NCBI GenBank assembly: GCA_020184695.1
Contig: JAANOX010000149.1
Location: 186,001 to 250,000, forward strand
DNA from: Histomonas meleagridis 2922-C6/04-290x
Lineage: Eukaryota; Protista; Parabasalia
Length of the DNA stretch: 64,000 nucleotides
Direction: 5' to 3'
Within the stretch, counting starts at the first letter, position 1, and the number at the start of each line of letters is the position of its first letter. The translations under genes were made by a program, and so were the position numbers. The notes beneath the pieces were generated by a model. That model was not told the origin of the DNA, did no database searches, and saw only the letters and a list, made by a program, of their open reading frames with translations. Positions 42,801 to 54,301 of the stretch are shown here, in pieces.

Positions 42801-43177
42801 TCTGTAAGTTTTTTACATGATGAAAAACAAGAAATCCCAATTGACTTTACACTGCTGCCGAATTCAATAGAGCTGATTTCTTGAAACATAAAATATTCAT
42901 CACCAATATAAGTTACAGTGTCTGGAATAGTAAGAGAACCATTTAATGTTCCAGAATGACTTCCATGAAGAACTAGATAGGTAACAGGGTATTCTTTGTT
43001 TGAGTGTTGAATTGTTGATGGAAGTGTTAAATCTTCTGAATCTTTACGAATTTTGGTGAGATTAACATAATCTGGAGAATCATGATAACAATATTCAAAG
43101 AGGCCATCTTCTGTAACAAAGTACTCAACAGCATACTCTTTTTTTAATAAAAAAATAAGGAAGATAATTGGGAACAT
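39815..43177 (-). CDS. BspA-like leucine-rich-repeat (LRR_5) surface protein with TM and cytosolic tail
   Basis: Signal peptide MFPIIFLIFLL; many xIGxxAFxxCxxLxxxLxLPxxL repeats; TM IITLATAIAGSGVLGIVG. Confidence 0.9.
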   Translation of the reverse strand: MFPIIFLIFLLKKEYAVEYFVTEDGLFEYCYHDSPDYVNLTKIRKDSEDLTLPSTIQHSNKEYPVTYLVLHGSHSGTLNGSLTIPDTVTYIGDEYFMFQEISSIEFGSSVKSIGISCFSSCKKLTDVVFPSSLETIGDYCFLSSGVTSVSFPYDSELKIIGSTAFKFLQITEISFPSSLIEIGDHCFSNTALTFIDFGYDSKLKTIQQYAFESTQLSGQIEFPESLEVIGASAFQNTKITSIDFHDLSNLTTIESDAFLGTSLRGEIYFPPKISLIGNNCFQGTKITAIYFQSTLLYEETNQLSIGEYAFEGTSLKNEINFPNNLTYIGQYCFANTNITNIEFYLDSSVTLCTKCFYQCKNLIMNFDKINARVIQSEAFSGCSSLKSIVIYENEEIEFHSFYQCSSLEEITIYQNENGNVKTEAISNCNALEVLIIKTPKIENNFIYNCNNLTTFDFYGINKEIYISLRNLPQLVEVIFNDGIYTFEDSFVDFNSLKIVNFYNSNITFKGYSFNNCPSLNSITNDKNSYIINIQSYAFYKCPLLEFECTNVLSMESHSFLESCDQSFTFTSPIIPSYSIKGSTSLKYIRISSTVTKISSHFIEKCPEFNSLEFLDPELKGNKLIIEDEAFWKMDTFEITSRLPERLITIGNESFSGCSKMTGSLFMPSELISIGSNAFAGCTGLNGILDFSNSNKLEIISSYAFLGCTSLCGTLSLPDSLKEIGAYAFTKCDFAGPLIIPDNVIIINQYAFALCSSFTGSLIIGSNVEYIGAYAFSECNGFNGQLEITTKVLKEIGNNAFFSCTSLKGTLNLPNTLVSIGNFAFFECKGLENKLVLPQSLVYIGNSAFAYCTGFTQVLEFPKNISYIGRNAFLQCKGFTKIYFDKTSAKSETITIGDKAFGNLKIKCLSNVPPTCKGNTTDDNRCYDSTGFGFVQESSSILAESCELSTAVEMIITLATAIAGSGVLGIVGSFVKEWFDNIYSVAKRITAIFETVIQESIEVFKKNKDANETIEITITEIKNYLSAETENPQFNLSCAKLKGLLEAAFVKEWPSVPYNIKTNVINNSFNDIDFDALMLRHKRERKEKRCACLKRLFSRKRKDDMMLSSESGASEMNLPLI

Positions 43178-43303
43178 CTTAAGAACGATTATTGAGTGCG
43201 GCAAAAAGTGTCATTTTGCATGAGAAACGTTAATTTTACAGTAGCTCAAAATAAAATTAGGGTATCCCAAAAACAGATCATTTTACGTTTAACATTTTTA
43301 CAA

Positions 43304-44194
43304 ATGGAAAGCCCTAAAGATAAAAATATTCCTAAAGTAAATGAAAAAAGCCCCGTTCGAGTAATGTCTTTAAATATAGGAGAAAAGGACCCAACAACAA
43401 ATTCACTTGTATCAATGGAAATGCAAGATACTCAAAAGATTGGTTTCCGTAGAAGAAACCAAAAGCGTAAATCAATAGATAAAATTTTTAGTAAAATTGA
43501 CAAATGTGATGTTTCAGAAGTTGATAGAAGTATATTACGTGGTCTACCTCGTAGATCTCTTGCAAATGATCTTGATCTTACATCATTTAGAAATGGTAAT
43601 GAAAGCGATGAAGAAGAAGAAAAAGATAGCAAATCTGTAAAAATGTTAGATTTAAAAATAGGAGAACAAAATCCCATGACAAATTCTTTAGTAGCTCTTG
43701 AAATGCAAGACACACATAAAATTGGGTTCAAGAAGCGAAACAAAAGAAGGAAATCGATTGATAAAATTTTTGAAAAATTTGATGATGTTCATATCAATAA
43801 TGTTGAAAAATCCAAGTTATCAAATATACCTCGAAGATCTTTAGCTGATAACGATATCAAACAGATACGTAATTTCCACTCTGAAAGTGATGATGAAAAT
43901 GATGATCCTAATAGCAATGTTAAAGTTCAAATGCTTGATTTAAACATTGGCGAAACAGATCCAACAGCAAAATCATTGGTTGCTCTTGAAATGAAGGACA
44001 CAAAGAGAACTGGTTTCAAGAGAAGTCCACAGAGAAGAAAATCAATTGATCGGATTTTTTCAAAAGTTAAATCAGTTAATGTCGATTGCGAAGTTGATGA
44101 GTCCATTCTAAAGAAAGTTCCAAGGAGATCACTTGCGAATGACTTTGATGTTAGTTCGTTTAGAACACAGAATAAGGAAAGTGATTCAGAATGA
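43304..44194 (+). CDS. Protein composed of three ~95-aa tandem repeats, unknown function
   Basis: Three copies of MLxLxIGExxP..SLVxxEMxDTxKxGF.R...RKSIDKIF......PRRSLAxD...ESD; divergent from BspA, 126 bp apart. Confidence 0.8.
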   Translation: MESPKDKNIPKVNEKSPVRVMSLNIGEKDPTTNSLVSMEMQDTQKIGFRRRNQKRKSIDKIFSKIDKCDVSEVDRSILRGLPRRSLANDLDLTSFRNGNESDEEEEKDSKSVKMLDLKIGEQNPMTNSLVALEMQDTHKIGFKKRNKRRKSIDKIFEKFDDVHINNVEKSKLSNIPRRSLADNDIKQIRNFHSESDDENDDPNSNVKVQMLDLNIGETDPTAKSLVALEMKDTKRTGFKRSPQRRKSIDRIFSKVKSVNVDCEVDESILKKVPRRSLANDFDVSSFRTQNKESDSE

Positions 44195-45524
44195 TTTCTT
44201 ATATGATTAAAACATATATCTTTCAATAAATATCAATGCTTTTGTTTTAAGAAATTTCTTTACATAGTGTAAAATTTCAATCACTTCCACATGATTCAGT
44301 TTTATCTTTTTCTTACAATTTCATTATCAACAACATAATAAATAAAATAATTTTACTAAAATCATTTTAATTATATACCAATAACTCATTATCATATATT
44401 GAAACTGAATTTCTTTATTTTAATTATACAACCAATTACAAGATATTCTTCGAATTCGAAATAAAATAATAAGAATTACAGGAGGAGTATTTCTTAAAAT
44501 AAAAATGCTTGATACAAAATAATAATCATGCATAGAATACTGTTTAAGATACAAAACTTTACATGGAACAATGTTCAAGCCATATTAAAAAATAGAATAA
44601 CAATTAAAATAAATTGATATATTTTTATGATACATAATATTTTAAATTAACTTCCAATGTATTCTTATTTTCATATTTTATTTAGAATTTTATGGAAAAT
44701 ATCCAGAGAAATTTGAATTTTTTGTTTAAAGCGTCAGTTTTTCTCTTCACTTGGGCTGCATCGGTTGCTTTTTGCTCAATTCTGAAGTTTTTCTACGGGC
44801 TTTTTCATTGCCGTTTTTCAGAAAATTGAGAAATTTTTCAATTGATTGGCGTTATTTTACCTAGAAGCTCCTTCAAGCAAAACACCTTATATCTTGTTCT
44901 TTCCACGAATTAAAAATTACAACTTTAAATTATTAAAATACCAAAATGATTTAATGTAATTGCCAATTTACAAAAATTATTCTTACTTAACATTTTTCAA
45001 AAGCATATATTAGAAAAAAAGAAAAATCCAAATTTAACTAAGCTAATTAGGATTGGAGAATTTTTTACATTTATATGCATCTAAGTTTCCTTGAAAATTA
45101 TAAAATCTTTTTTTATTTTTACATAATGATTTCTTCTTTTTTTGATGCATTGATTTCCTTTCGAAGTATGATTATCGTTTCAGCTTTAAATTTGTAATAA
45201 CAAAATCGTAAACGAGAATAGATATTATTTTTTGTATTGTTTTTCATCAGTGATTAGTAGCAGTTTCTTTCGAAAATTTCATAAAATTTTTATATACTAT
45301 CAGTAGCATTTTCCTGGTTTTATTTTCTAGTCTTGAAGCTAAAGTTGTTTTCCCAAAAGTCATTTCTTCAGAAAACAAAAATAATTGAAAGAAATTGACT
45401 GCACACAAACCATGGATCACAACCAATTCAATTTTCAATGACCCAGAACAATAATATTTACTTCACAATTGTTTGAGTTGATTTTGATCGTATTAGCGTT
45501 TAGCCATTTCTGGGCTCTGCAAAA

Positions 45525-46553
45525 ATGGAAGCATATGAAACAAACGGATACAGCATTTTTAAATTTGTGCCATTAGTTGCTTTTGCACTTATATTTTTCG
45601 TCGCATTTCAAAAAATCGATAATGTATCTCAAAAAATTAGAATTAAAATCTTTAGTACCAAAGGATCAAAGATGCTATTTCTTATCATAACAATGCCAAA
45701 TAGTATAAGGCCTGTAAATATGTCACGTTATTTTGTTAATGAATTAAATCAAATGCCTGGATATAAAGCAATATATCTCGAATGGAAAAACGTCAACAAG
45801 ACAGAGCAAGTCAACAAAGAAGATGTTTTAAACCTAAAAGTCCCCGACTTCTATTCAAAAGTTGTTGCCAATGTCCAAACATATGGTGAATATTCACCAA
45901 AGAGCATTGACATTTTCCGGAAAACGTATTTTGGCCTTTCCTATTATTATCATGAGACAAATTATCGATGGCTTCATCGCGGCACTGATGATAATGCAGT
46001 TAATTTAGATCTTTTAGAGGCATACTATGAATCATTAGAAGCAAAATATGATCCAATTAACCAACCAGTAATCCTTGGCTGTTGTATCAAGAAATCATAT
46101 TCACCAGGATTTCTTCAAGGTGGCGTTGGGTATCTTTACTCACGAAGAGCAGTAGAGTTAATGCTTCCGATGTATGAACATGTTATTCATACATGTAAAA
46201 GCGCAGAAGACATTTGTCATGACGAATTCATATTTAAGTTGGGTATTACAATCGTAAATGCAACGTCATTTAAATTTTTGGGTCATCCATTCACTAAAGA
46301 TGACTTAGAAAGAATCGATAAAAATGATTTCCATGACTTAAGTCCATGTCCAAAAACAGAATATCCAGCAAATCTAAACCATTGCGGAAAGTTTCATGGG
46401 CCTTTAAATGAAATAGTTTTCTTACATCATCACGCTGATGGAATCAACAAAATCATAGAGAGAGCCAAACGGATATTTGCAGTTAAGGATGAAACAGTAC
46501 ATTATTATTTCCCTGATTTTCTCATGCCAAAATTGTGTAAAGCAACAAATTAA
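45525..46553 (+). CDS. Type II membrane GT-A glycosyltransferase-like protein (GT31/Fringe-like)
   Basis: N-terminal anchor; RWLHRGTDDN (DxD-like), FLQGGVGYLYSRRAV, AEDI. Confidence 0.65.
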   Translation: MEAYETNGYSIFKFVPLVAFALIFFVAFQKIDNVSQKIRIKIFSTKGSKMLFLIITMPNSIRPVNMSRYFVNELNQMPGYKAIYLEWKNVNKTEQVNKEDVLNLKVPDFYSKVVANVQTYGEYSPKSIDIFRKTYFGLSYYYHETNYRWLHRGTDDNAVNLDLLEAYYESLEAKYDPINQPVILGCCIKKSYSPGFLQGGVGYLYSRRAVELMLPMYEHVIHTCKSAEDICHDEFIFKLGITIVNATSFKFLGHPFTKDDLERIDKNDFHDLSPCPKTEYPANLNHCGKFHGPLNEIVFLHHHADGINKIIERAKRIFAVKDETVHYYFPDFLMPKLCKATN

Positions 46554-47339
46554 TGTTTATGCAAAAGTGGCGATTAATTGCTTCATTCTAATAATTATTA
46601 ATACGTTTTTTAGATATGATTGTTTGATAATAAAAATTTGAGTGTTTAATATTTTATGTTATAAAAAGCTCATTCTTGATAAAGGAGAAATATACACAAA
46701 GATTTAGGGTAAATAATTGCAAAAAATAAATAATAAAAATATAACTTTTGTGATCGAATTTTTCTTTCAAATTATTTTACATTGATGGTAAAATTCCTTA
46801 CCTTTTCCAAAATAAAAAGTTTTTCCTAAAAGCCTCTAATATGATTTGAATTAAATAAACTAAATATACGAATTTTTTTATCTTGGGTAGTTCTCTTCCC
46901 ACAGATGCACATGTTTTTGGCAACAGGGAAAAGTATTGAATTTTTTGTAACTGCTTTATGGTAAGGCTTTAAATAGTTATATCACTTATAATTTTTGAGC
47001 AGTTGCAAAAATGTTTTTTGTATATAACTGGCTGACCTTCAAAACGGGAAATTTGACTTTTTGTCAATATCTTTTGAATAAGATCCAGTAAATGCATGTG
47101 AACAATGAAATGATGGAAGTTGGAGATCTGTAACTTATGTGAGACATTCTGCAAACTTTGTAAGTGAAAATTCATCACTACTTTTTGTTGGTTTTGATTG
47201 GATGTCATTAGCTATTAAAGCTTAATGATCTATCTTTAACTTATCATTGATAATTGAACAATTATATTCACCAGAAACATATAAATAAAAGGCATAAAAT
47301 TTACAAAACATAATAAGTTAATTGGAATTTTCTATTTAT

Positions 47340-49448
47340 TTACATTCCATAAGCGAGTCCAATTCCATAGTACACACTCACACACGCGATCAAACATGCG
47401 ATTGTTACAATTATTCCCCAAATTATCATTTCCTTTGATGTCAAATAGTTTTTACCCGTATCATCCTGCAACGAAACAGTGCAAATGTTTGGGAAAGACG
47501 ACACCGGCAGCACCTGCGATGCTGTAGTTGTCATACATGCGCACATTGCGTACAGTGCCAAATGACCTGAATTCGCAGCGAAAGTACAAACCAAAGGCAA
47601 AGTGATCATTGATGACACAGTATGTGTTAATAATATATCTATCACGAGTACGCAAGCGTTCACAATAAGTATCGACACCCATAAACTTGTTCCTCCCAAT
47701 AAACTTTCGAGTAAATTCTTCGCGACTTCCATTAGCCCTGAATCTGTAACTATTTTACATAATGCGTTACCTCCCATTAACATAAATATGATGTTCCATG
47801 GTAACTCAGTGATTTTCGATGGATTTAATATTCCGATTCCATAAAACATTAGAACGGGTATTAATCCAACAACACCATAATCGGAAAATGCTTTGTTACC
47901 ACCAAATGGTAATGATATCCATATAGCTATTGTTCCTAATGATATAATGCCAACAAACCATTGCATCCAACCAAACTCTGTCTTCGAATTTGGTACTGGT
48001 GGAACTTGATCAATATCCATTTTATATTTTATTTGTAACATTACCCATGCAATGAGACAACAAACAATTGCATATGGTAATGCAGTAGCAAAGAATTCAA
48101 CAAAGTCAACAGAAACATCTAAGTCATTTGCTGTCGCTGCTTGTGCTACTGCTTCAACTGTAACTGCGTTTTGTGGTGATGATAATGGCGTCATCATTCC
48201 TCCTAAGTTTCCACCAACTGCAATTGCAAATAACATCGCTTTGATATATTCAGAATTTCGTGGTATTTGTTTAAGTGTTGGAACAACTAAGGCTACAACT
48301 ATCATTGTACTTGTAATGTTCGAAATCCACATAGCAATAAAGGCATTAAGTATTATCAAAACTAATAAAAATAAGCGTTTGTTACATGAAGCTTTTTGTA
48401 AGATAATCATCGCAATTCGTTTATCTAATTCAGTCTCACGTAAACCTGCCGCTATAGTGAAGCCACCAATTGTAAGAAAAACAGTGGATGACATTGTTGA
48501 TTGATGAATTACTTTCCCAACAGTTTCCCAAGAATCAGGTAAAACGCCACAAACTACACCTAAAAATGGTATACTTAACGATGTTAGCCATAAAGGAACT
48601 GCACCTGTTGCCCATAATATTGCGGCAAAAAATACAATCCCTAAACAACGTTGTGCAGACATCTCAAATTTCAGAGTGAATTGAAAAAATTGAAAGGCTA
48701 ATAATACCGCGAGTGAAATAACTAATGGAATCGCTTTGATACTTGCGGGAGCTAATAAAAGTTCATTATGACGAAACGTCATGGCTTCAAATTTAGATAG
48801 TACTGTGGATTGTTTCCAAAGAAGAGCATTTTCAACTTGTGAATGAAGTTGTACAACAATATCAGAACGTGAAGAATGGTCAGTATTGGGAGATACACGT
48901 CGTTTCATTGTGACAAATAAATCTTCGAGTTGTGAAATTAAAATTGAAATATCAGAAAGTGATCCAAATATTTCATTTTCAATGGATAAATATTCTTCTC
49001 GGAATTCTGGTTGGCTTAAAAGCCGTGCAAACTTCTTCACGATCTTTTCTCCACCAGTTTTGTTGACTTCTAAAAAAGTACGTAATTCATAAACTGTAAG
49101 CATTTCACCATAAATTCTCTTATGAAATGATTTTTCAGCTTCTTCTGACCTTTCATCACTTTCAAGTTGATCATCTAAATCAGCACGAATTTCATCAATA
49201 GATTTCTCAATTTCTTCATATTGTTGTGAATAAAATGTAGCGATTTGGCTTATGCTTTCTCGAAGAGCTGAAATGAACTTTTCATTGCATGTATTTTTAA
49301 GATTTTCAACATCGGTAGGTGAGATATCAGTTGTTTCTTCAATTAAGGAGATAAATTGTTTAATCATCTTTTTTAAATCTTTATATGGAATGTATCTGTC
49401 ATACCATTGCTTAACAGCAACAAAACGAAGCTGTTTCCCAAATTTCAT
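47340..49448 (-). CDS. SPX-domain SLC13-type phosphate transporter (Pho87/Pho90/Pho91-like)
   Basis: MKFGKQL...YIPYKDLKKMIK and NKTGGEKIVKKF (SPX); AMWISNITST, GGMMTPLSSPQN and LPVSSFPN; ~12 TMs. Confidence 0.92.
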   Translation of the reverse strand: MKFGKQLRFVAVKQWYDRYIPYKDLKKMIKQFISLIEETTDISPTDVENLKNTCNEKFISALRESISQIATFYSQQYEEIEKSIDEIRADLDDQLESDERSEEAEKSFHKRIYGEMLTVYELRTFLEVNKTGGEKIVKKFARLLSQPEFREEYLSIENEIFGSLSDISILISQLEDLFVTMKRRVSPNTDHSSRSDIVVQLHSQVENALLWKQSTVLSKFEAMTFRHNELLLAPASIKAIPLVISLAVLLAFQFFQFTLKFEMSAQRCLGIVFFAAILWATGAVPLWLTSLSIPFLGVVCGVLPDSWETVGKVIHQSTMSSTVFLTIGGFTIAAGLRETELDKRIAMIILQKASCNKRLFLLVLIILNAFIAMWISNITSTMIVVALVVPTLKQIPRNSEYIKAMLFAIAVGGNLGGMMTPLSSPQNAVTVEAVAQAATANDLDVSVDFVEFFATALPYAIVCCLIAWVMLQIKYKMDIDQVPPVPNSKTEFGWMQWFVGIISLGTIAIWISLPFGGNKAFSDYGVVGLIPVLMFYGIGILNPSKITELPWNIIFMLMGGNALCKIVTDSGLMEVAKNLLESLLGGTSLWVSILIVNACVLVIDILLTHTVSSMITLPLVCTFAANSGHLALYAMCACMTTTASQVLPVSSFPNICTVSLQDDTGKNYLTSKEMIIWGIIVTIACLIACVSVYYGIGLAYGM

Positions 49449-50573
49449 TGAAGTGAGGTCTTCAAAAGAGTCGAAGTAACGTATTCAATACAAAAATGGG
49501 TCAATTCCAGGATTACGAAGTTATTAATTATAAAATATCATCAGATTATAATCAATATGATATTTCTCATCTAAGCATTCAATAATAATCTTAATATATC
49601 AAATAAAGAGAAAAATAAATGCATTCTAAAAGCTATTTTACAACGGTTCAACTATCGGCCCATGAAACGATGGTTTTGGTCATTTGCTTCAAAAAGTTGA
49701 ATTTGACTATTGCAACAGATTAATATGCTCACAATATTGAATGAGGAAAATCTATCACGAAAAATAAACGTTTGCTTAAGCAATACCTTGGTAAAGAGGT
49801 TTTTTGGCATTTTTGAAAACGAAATATTGAAAAAGTCATTTTATTCTGATGTGTACTAATATCGATGTTTTTTACAAAGAAGTGAAAGCAACAAATTCCA
49901 CAATGGTATTTGCATATAACTAGAAAATATTAATAAACATATAGATGGAACCCTATGCACATATATTTGAGTGAATTCATTCGTCTATTTTTTGGATGTT
50001 TTCATTTTTCGATTTCAAATATTTGCTCACAAAAAGTCAATTCAAAAACCGCATTATCACAAAGAAACACCTAAAAAAAATAAAAAATGCGTTATAATAC
50101 CAAACTTTTGCATCATTATAAAATTTTAATCGTTGTAGACTTTCTAAATTTTAATGTTGAGTAAATGTATATACTTTTCATAATATATATTAAACTCGTT
50201 ACGCAAATTTCGTGATATCCGTACCCCAATTTTTTGGTATTGGGCTCAATTAAGCGCCTTAATTTTGATTAAAATGAGTTTTATTTTAGTGGTGGGAAAT
50301 CCTTAAAATTTATTCCAGGATGGTGTGTATTTTATGTGCAATCCTCTTATTCAATTTTCAATAGTTTATACTCAGAGTATCAATCGTTACATCACGACTT
50401 TTTGATATAAATTTAATCGTTCTTCACTTTTTGTCATTTTACGCGTCTCAAATTTGAGTAAAAATTTAATTCATTATTAATTGTGTCAATATAAAGTACT
50501 TAAAAAATGGGAGTTGTAAACTGCCAATTGTGTTCAATTATCATGACATTTTGAGGTTATTCAGTTCGACTTC

Positions 50574-53255
50574 ATGAGTGGAACATCGATGTTTTTTTTT
50601 ATTACTTTGTGCATTCAAGCATTTCAAGTATATGACGATGTAACCAAAACACTTACAATCACAAACTCAAATGAATTTTCACAAGAATACCGCTCTTCAG
50701 CAGAACATGTTATCATAAATGGTGATATAGATTCAATTCCTTCGAATTCATTTTACACATGGGATATAATCTCCGCCACAATCGGTGATTCAATCATTTC
50801 AATTGGGAATAGATCATTCTATGTCTGTTTTTCATTAGAAAATGTTTCACTAGGGAAAAATGTAAGAACGATAAACGAAAGTGCATTTTCATTATGTTCT
50901 GCGTTGAAAAATATTATATTTCCAAAATCCCTTACATATATTGGCGAAGAGTCATTTTATTCTACTGGCTTATTAACAATTACTATAAGCGAAGGTATAG
51001 AGGTAATACACGAATCAGCGTTTGAATCATGTGATCTCGCAACGAATCTTACTCTGTCAGAATCAGTCATTCGAATTGAAAAAAATGGATTTTATCAATG
51101 TTCATCATTGACACAAATTCATTTTGGGAGTAAAATTGAATCAATTGGTGAACAAGCATTTGGCTCTTGTAAATCATTACAAAATCTGACACTACCCGAT
51201 TCACTTTTAATAATTGGCGATTATTGTTTTCAGTATTGCTCCAATCTTGAGCACATTGTCCTTGGAACGAATTTGAAATCGATCGGGAATTTTTCATTTT
51301 CATATTTAGAAAAAATCACAAATTTCACGATACAGGAATCCATTGAAAACATTGGTATGAATCCATTTTCATCTACGCCATTAGTATATATTAATGTTTC
51401 CAAAGAGAATAAATATTTTTCCAACTTAAATGATGATGGCATTTTATATAATAAGAATATCACATCCATTATTATATATCCAAAAAATTATCCATTAACA
51501 ACATATGAATTTCCTTCGACTATTATTAGTACTTCAGATTATACATTTAGTAAGTGTCAATTAAAAGAAATTAATTTATCTGAAAATCTTCAAACAATTG
51601 GAATAAATGCATTTTCGGAATGTTATAATTTGATAAATATAACTTTAAAGAATTCCATGAAAACTATTTGCGAATATGCATTTCAATCTTGTTCCAATTT
51701 GATATCAATTGATTTCGGTAACAGTCTTGAAATTATCGGAACATATGCCTTCCATTCATGTGGATTTATAAGTATAACATTTCCAAACGCAATTAAATCA
51801 ATTGGACAAAATTCATTTTATACATGCAATAAATTGGAAATTATTGATTTCGGAAATGGTTTAAACACAATTCCAATGTATTCATTTGGTAATTGCCGAA
51901 GTTTAACTAATGTTTCGATACCTGATACAATAATATCGATTGATGCAAATGCGTTTTATTATTGTTCTAATTTAAATATTATTAATATATCAAAAGATAA
52001 TTTATATTATTCTAATTATAATGATGATGGAATTGTTTATAGTAAAAATTTAACAATTTTATGTATATATCCATATGGTAAAATAGAAAAAACTTTTGAT
52101 GTTCCTTCTACAGTAATTGCTATTGGTGATAATTCATTTTATTATCACCCTTCAATCGAAACAGTTAATTTCACATTAAATGTTACAATAATTTATTCAT
52201 ATGCATTTTATTCATGTAAAAAATTGGTTAATATAACTAATTCTGATTCAGTATATTTAATTGGAGATAGAGCATTTTATGGATGTTCAAAGTTAATATC
52301 ATTTTTAAGTGATAATATTTCCATTATAGAAAACGAAGGATTTTATGGTTGTACTTCGATCATAAATATAACATTAACAGATAAATTAACTTATATTGGA
52401 TCATCATCATTTCGTAGATGTGAAGAATTATTAGATGTATATTTAAGTGATAATATAATATATATTGGTGATTCAGCATTTGAAAATTGTGAGAAAATAT
52501 CAAAAATTAAATTACCAAATAAAATTAATTATATTTTAGAGGAAACATTTAGTTACTGTCAAAATTTAATGTCTGTTGAATTAAATGAAAATTTAATAGA
52601 TATTGGCGTAAGTGCATTTTTTTATTGTTCCAACTTAAATAATATAACAATTCCGTCAACAACAATTAATATTGGAAATTATTCATTTCAAAGTTGTGAT
52701 AATTTGGAAACAATTATTATCGGTAAAAGTGTACAAACAATTGGAATAAATGCATTCGGAAAATGTTCGTCACTTAAATGCATTTCATTTTATGGAGAAA
52801 CTGAACCATTAATATATGAAAACTCTTTTAATGGAATCGTTGCAGATTCTGTTATGGTAACAACTGCATACAAAAGCATAAAATTTGGAAACTTAAATGT
52901 CTCCAAAGATACTATAGGGGAATGCCAACAAGTTATAACGCAAACATTTACGCAAACGAATACATTTACGCAATCGAACACATATTCACAATCAAATACT
53001 TATTCACAATCAAATACATATTCGCAATCGAACACTTATTCGAATTCGAATATGTTCACTGCTTCGTTTGATTTAGATAATGCGGAAGACGAATCAAACG
53101 ATTGGGTGATCCCTGTGGTGATTGTCGTTGTTGTTGTAGTGGTAATTGCTGTGGCGGTCACAGTAACAATTGTTTTGGTAAGAAGGAAAAAAGCTGTGAG
53201 TACAAATGAGAAATTAGAGAGTGAACAAAATGAAATTGACGACGATTTACTTTGA
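50574..53255 (+). CDS. BspA-like LRR surface protein with TQSNT stalk and TM
   Basis: LRR_5 repeats; FSNLNDDGILYNKNITSIIIYP inserts; (S/T)QSNT(Y/F) repeats; TM VIPVVIVVVVVVVIAVAVTVTIVLV-RRKK. Confidence 0.92.
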   Translation: MSGTSMFFFITLCIQAFQVYDDVTKTLTITNSNEFSQEYRSSAEHVIINGDIDSIPSNSFYTWDIISATIGDSIISIGNRSFYVCFSLENVSLGKNVRTINESAFSLCSALKNIIFPKSLTYIGEESFYSTGLLTITISEGIEVIHESAFESCDLATNLTLSESVIRIEKNGFYQCSSLTQIHFGSKIESIGEQAFGSCKSLQNLTLPDSLLIIGDYCFQYCSNLEHIVLGTNLKSIGNFSFSYLEKITNFTIQESIENIGMNPFSSTPLVYINVSKENKYFSNLNDDGILYNKNITSIIIYPKNYPLTTYEFPSTIISTSDYTFSKCQLKEINLSENLQTIGINAFSECYNLINITLKNSMKTICEYAFQSCSNLISIDFGNSLEIIGTYAFHSCGFISITFPNAIKSIGQNSFYTCNKLEIIDFGNGLNTIPMYSFGNCRSLTNVSIPDTIISIDANAFYYCSNLNIINISKDNLYYSNYNDDGIVYSKNLTILCIYPYGKIEKTFDVPSTVIAIGDNSFYYHPSIETVNFTLNVTIIYSYAFYSCKKLVNITNSDSVYLIGDRAFYGCSKLISFLSDNISIIENEGFYGCTSIINITLTDKLTYIGSSSFRRCEELLDVYLSDNIIYIGDSAFENCEKISKIKLPNKINYILEETFSYCQNLMSVELNENLIDIGVSAFFYCSNLNNITIPSTTINIGNYSFQSCDNLETIIIGKSVQTIGINAFGKCSSLKCISFYGETEPLIYENSFNGIVADSVMVTTAYKSIKFGNLNVSKDTIGECQQVITQTFTQTNTFTQSNTYSQSNTYSQSNTYSQSNTYSNSNMFTASFDLDNAEDESNDWVIPVVIVVVVVVVIAVAVTVTIVLVRRKKAVSTNEKLESEQNEIDDDLL

Positions 53256-54301
53256 TATATATATTAAATACAGAATGAATTATTTAAATGAGTCAAAAAT
53301 GTTTAACGATTTGAGTTTGTTAATAAAAATTCGTTCGAAGAAAATTTATTTTCGGATTTTGTTTACTTCATATTGAGAATGACGTAATGAGATTACACTC
53401 GGTAAGTAATCATTAGCTTCTCTTAAGCCCAAATCATTTGTTTTTGCATGTGACTTTTTTAAAATGGAAAATGATTTATTTCGTTTCTAAACGATGATGC
53501 AACCAATGAAATTTATATTAAATAAGGAATTACCTTAATAACAATTGCAGATATCACGAAATTTTCATTCTTAAAGTTGAAGTTTCAAAAATTGCCGGAA
53601 AAGTGATAAATCTGCTGACACGGGGGTAATAACATGACGTAGGTTTAGACTTAATTTTTCTAACTTTGCAAATATTAGTTAAGACACAAGTTCTAATACA
53701 AAATTTCGAATTTTTTTCGAAATTATGAAATTATTGTTAAAATATAACTGGCCTAAGAATATATTTTCATTTCAGCATATGAAAAAAATCACAGCAACAA
53801 TATCAATTTGTCTAATTTTGATAAAGGAAGATCGAATTGGTGTATTAAGAAGAAAAAGAAGGTATAGCATTTTTATAAAAAAATCGAGAATATTTTGTTC
53901 CTGACCTTTAGTGAATTCTATGTCATATCGATAATATGATGTTAGTCATTAGGGAAAATGAGATTTGATATTTTTTATTATTATAATTGTAAGCTTTATT
54001 TAATTTTCAAAGCATGATCTATGAAAAAGTGAAAGATTGTCATTTTTTTGCATTATTTTAAAAATTTATGACTTACACATCAATTTACAATATTAAATTT
54101 ATTAAATTCATACAAATGAATCTACATAATCTTTGAAATAAAAAATTTTTTACAGAAGGATTTTTAAAAATATCAAATATATAAAAAGTTTTTGAAGTAA
54201 AGAAAAATTTGACAAAAGTCATTAATACGAAGATTTTCATAAATATTTATTAAAACATTTATGTTTTAAGCAAATTTGCTTCGATTGTTAAATAGAAAAT
54301 T

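Noticed and set aside
46900-47220. Short coding-like tract and 79-aa ORF downstream of the phosphate transporter
   Set aside because: Interrupted by stops in the most plausible frame; no recognisable family.
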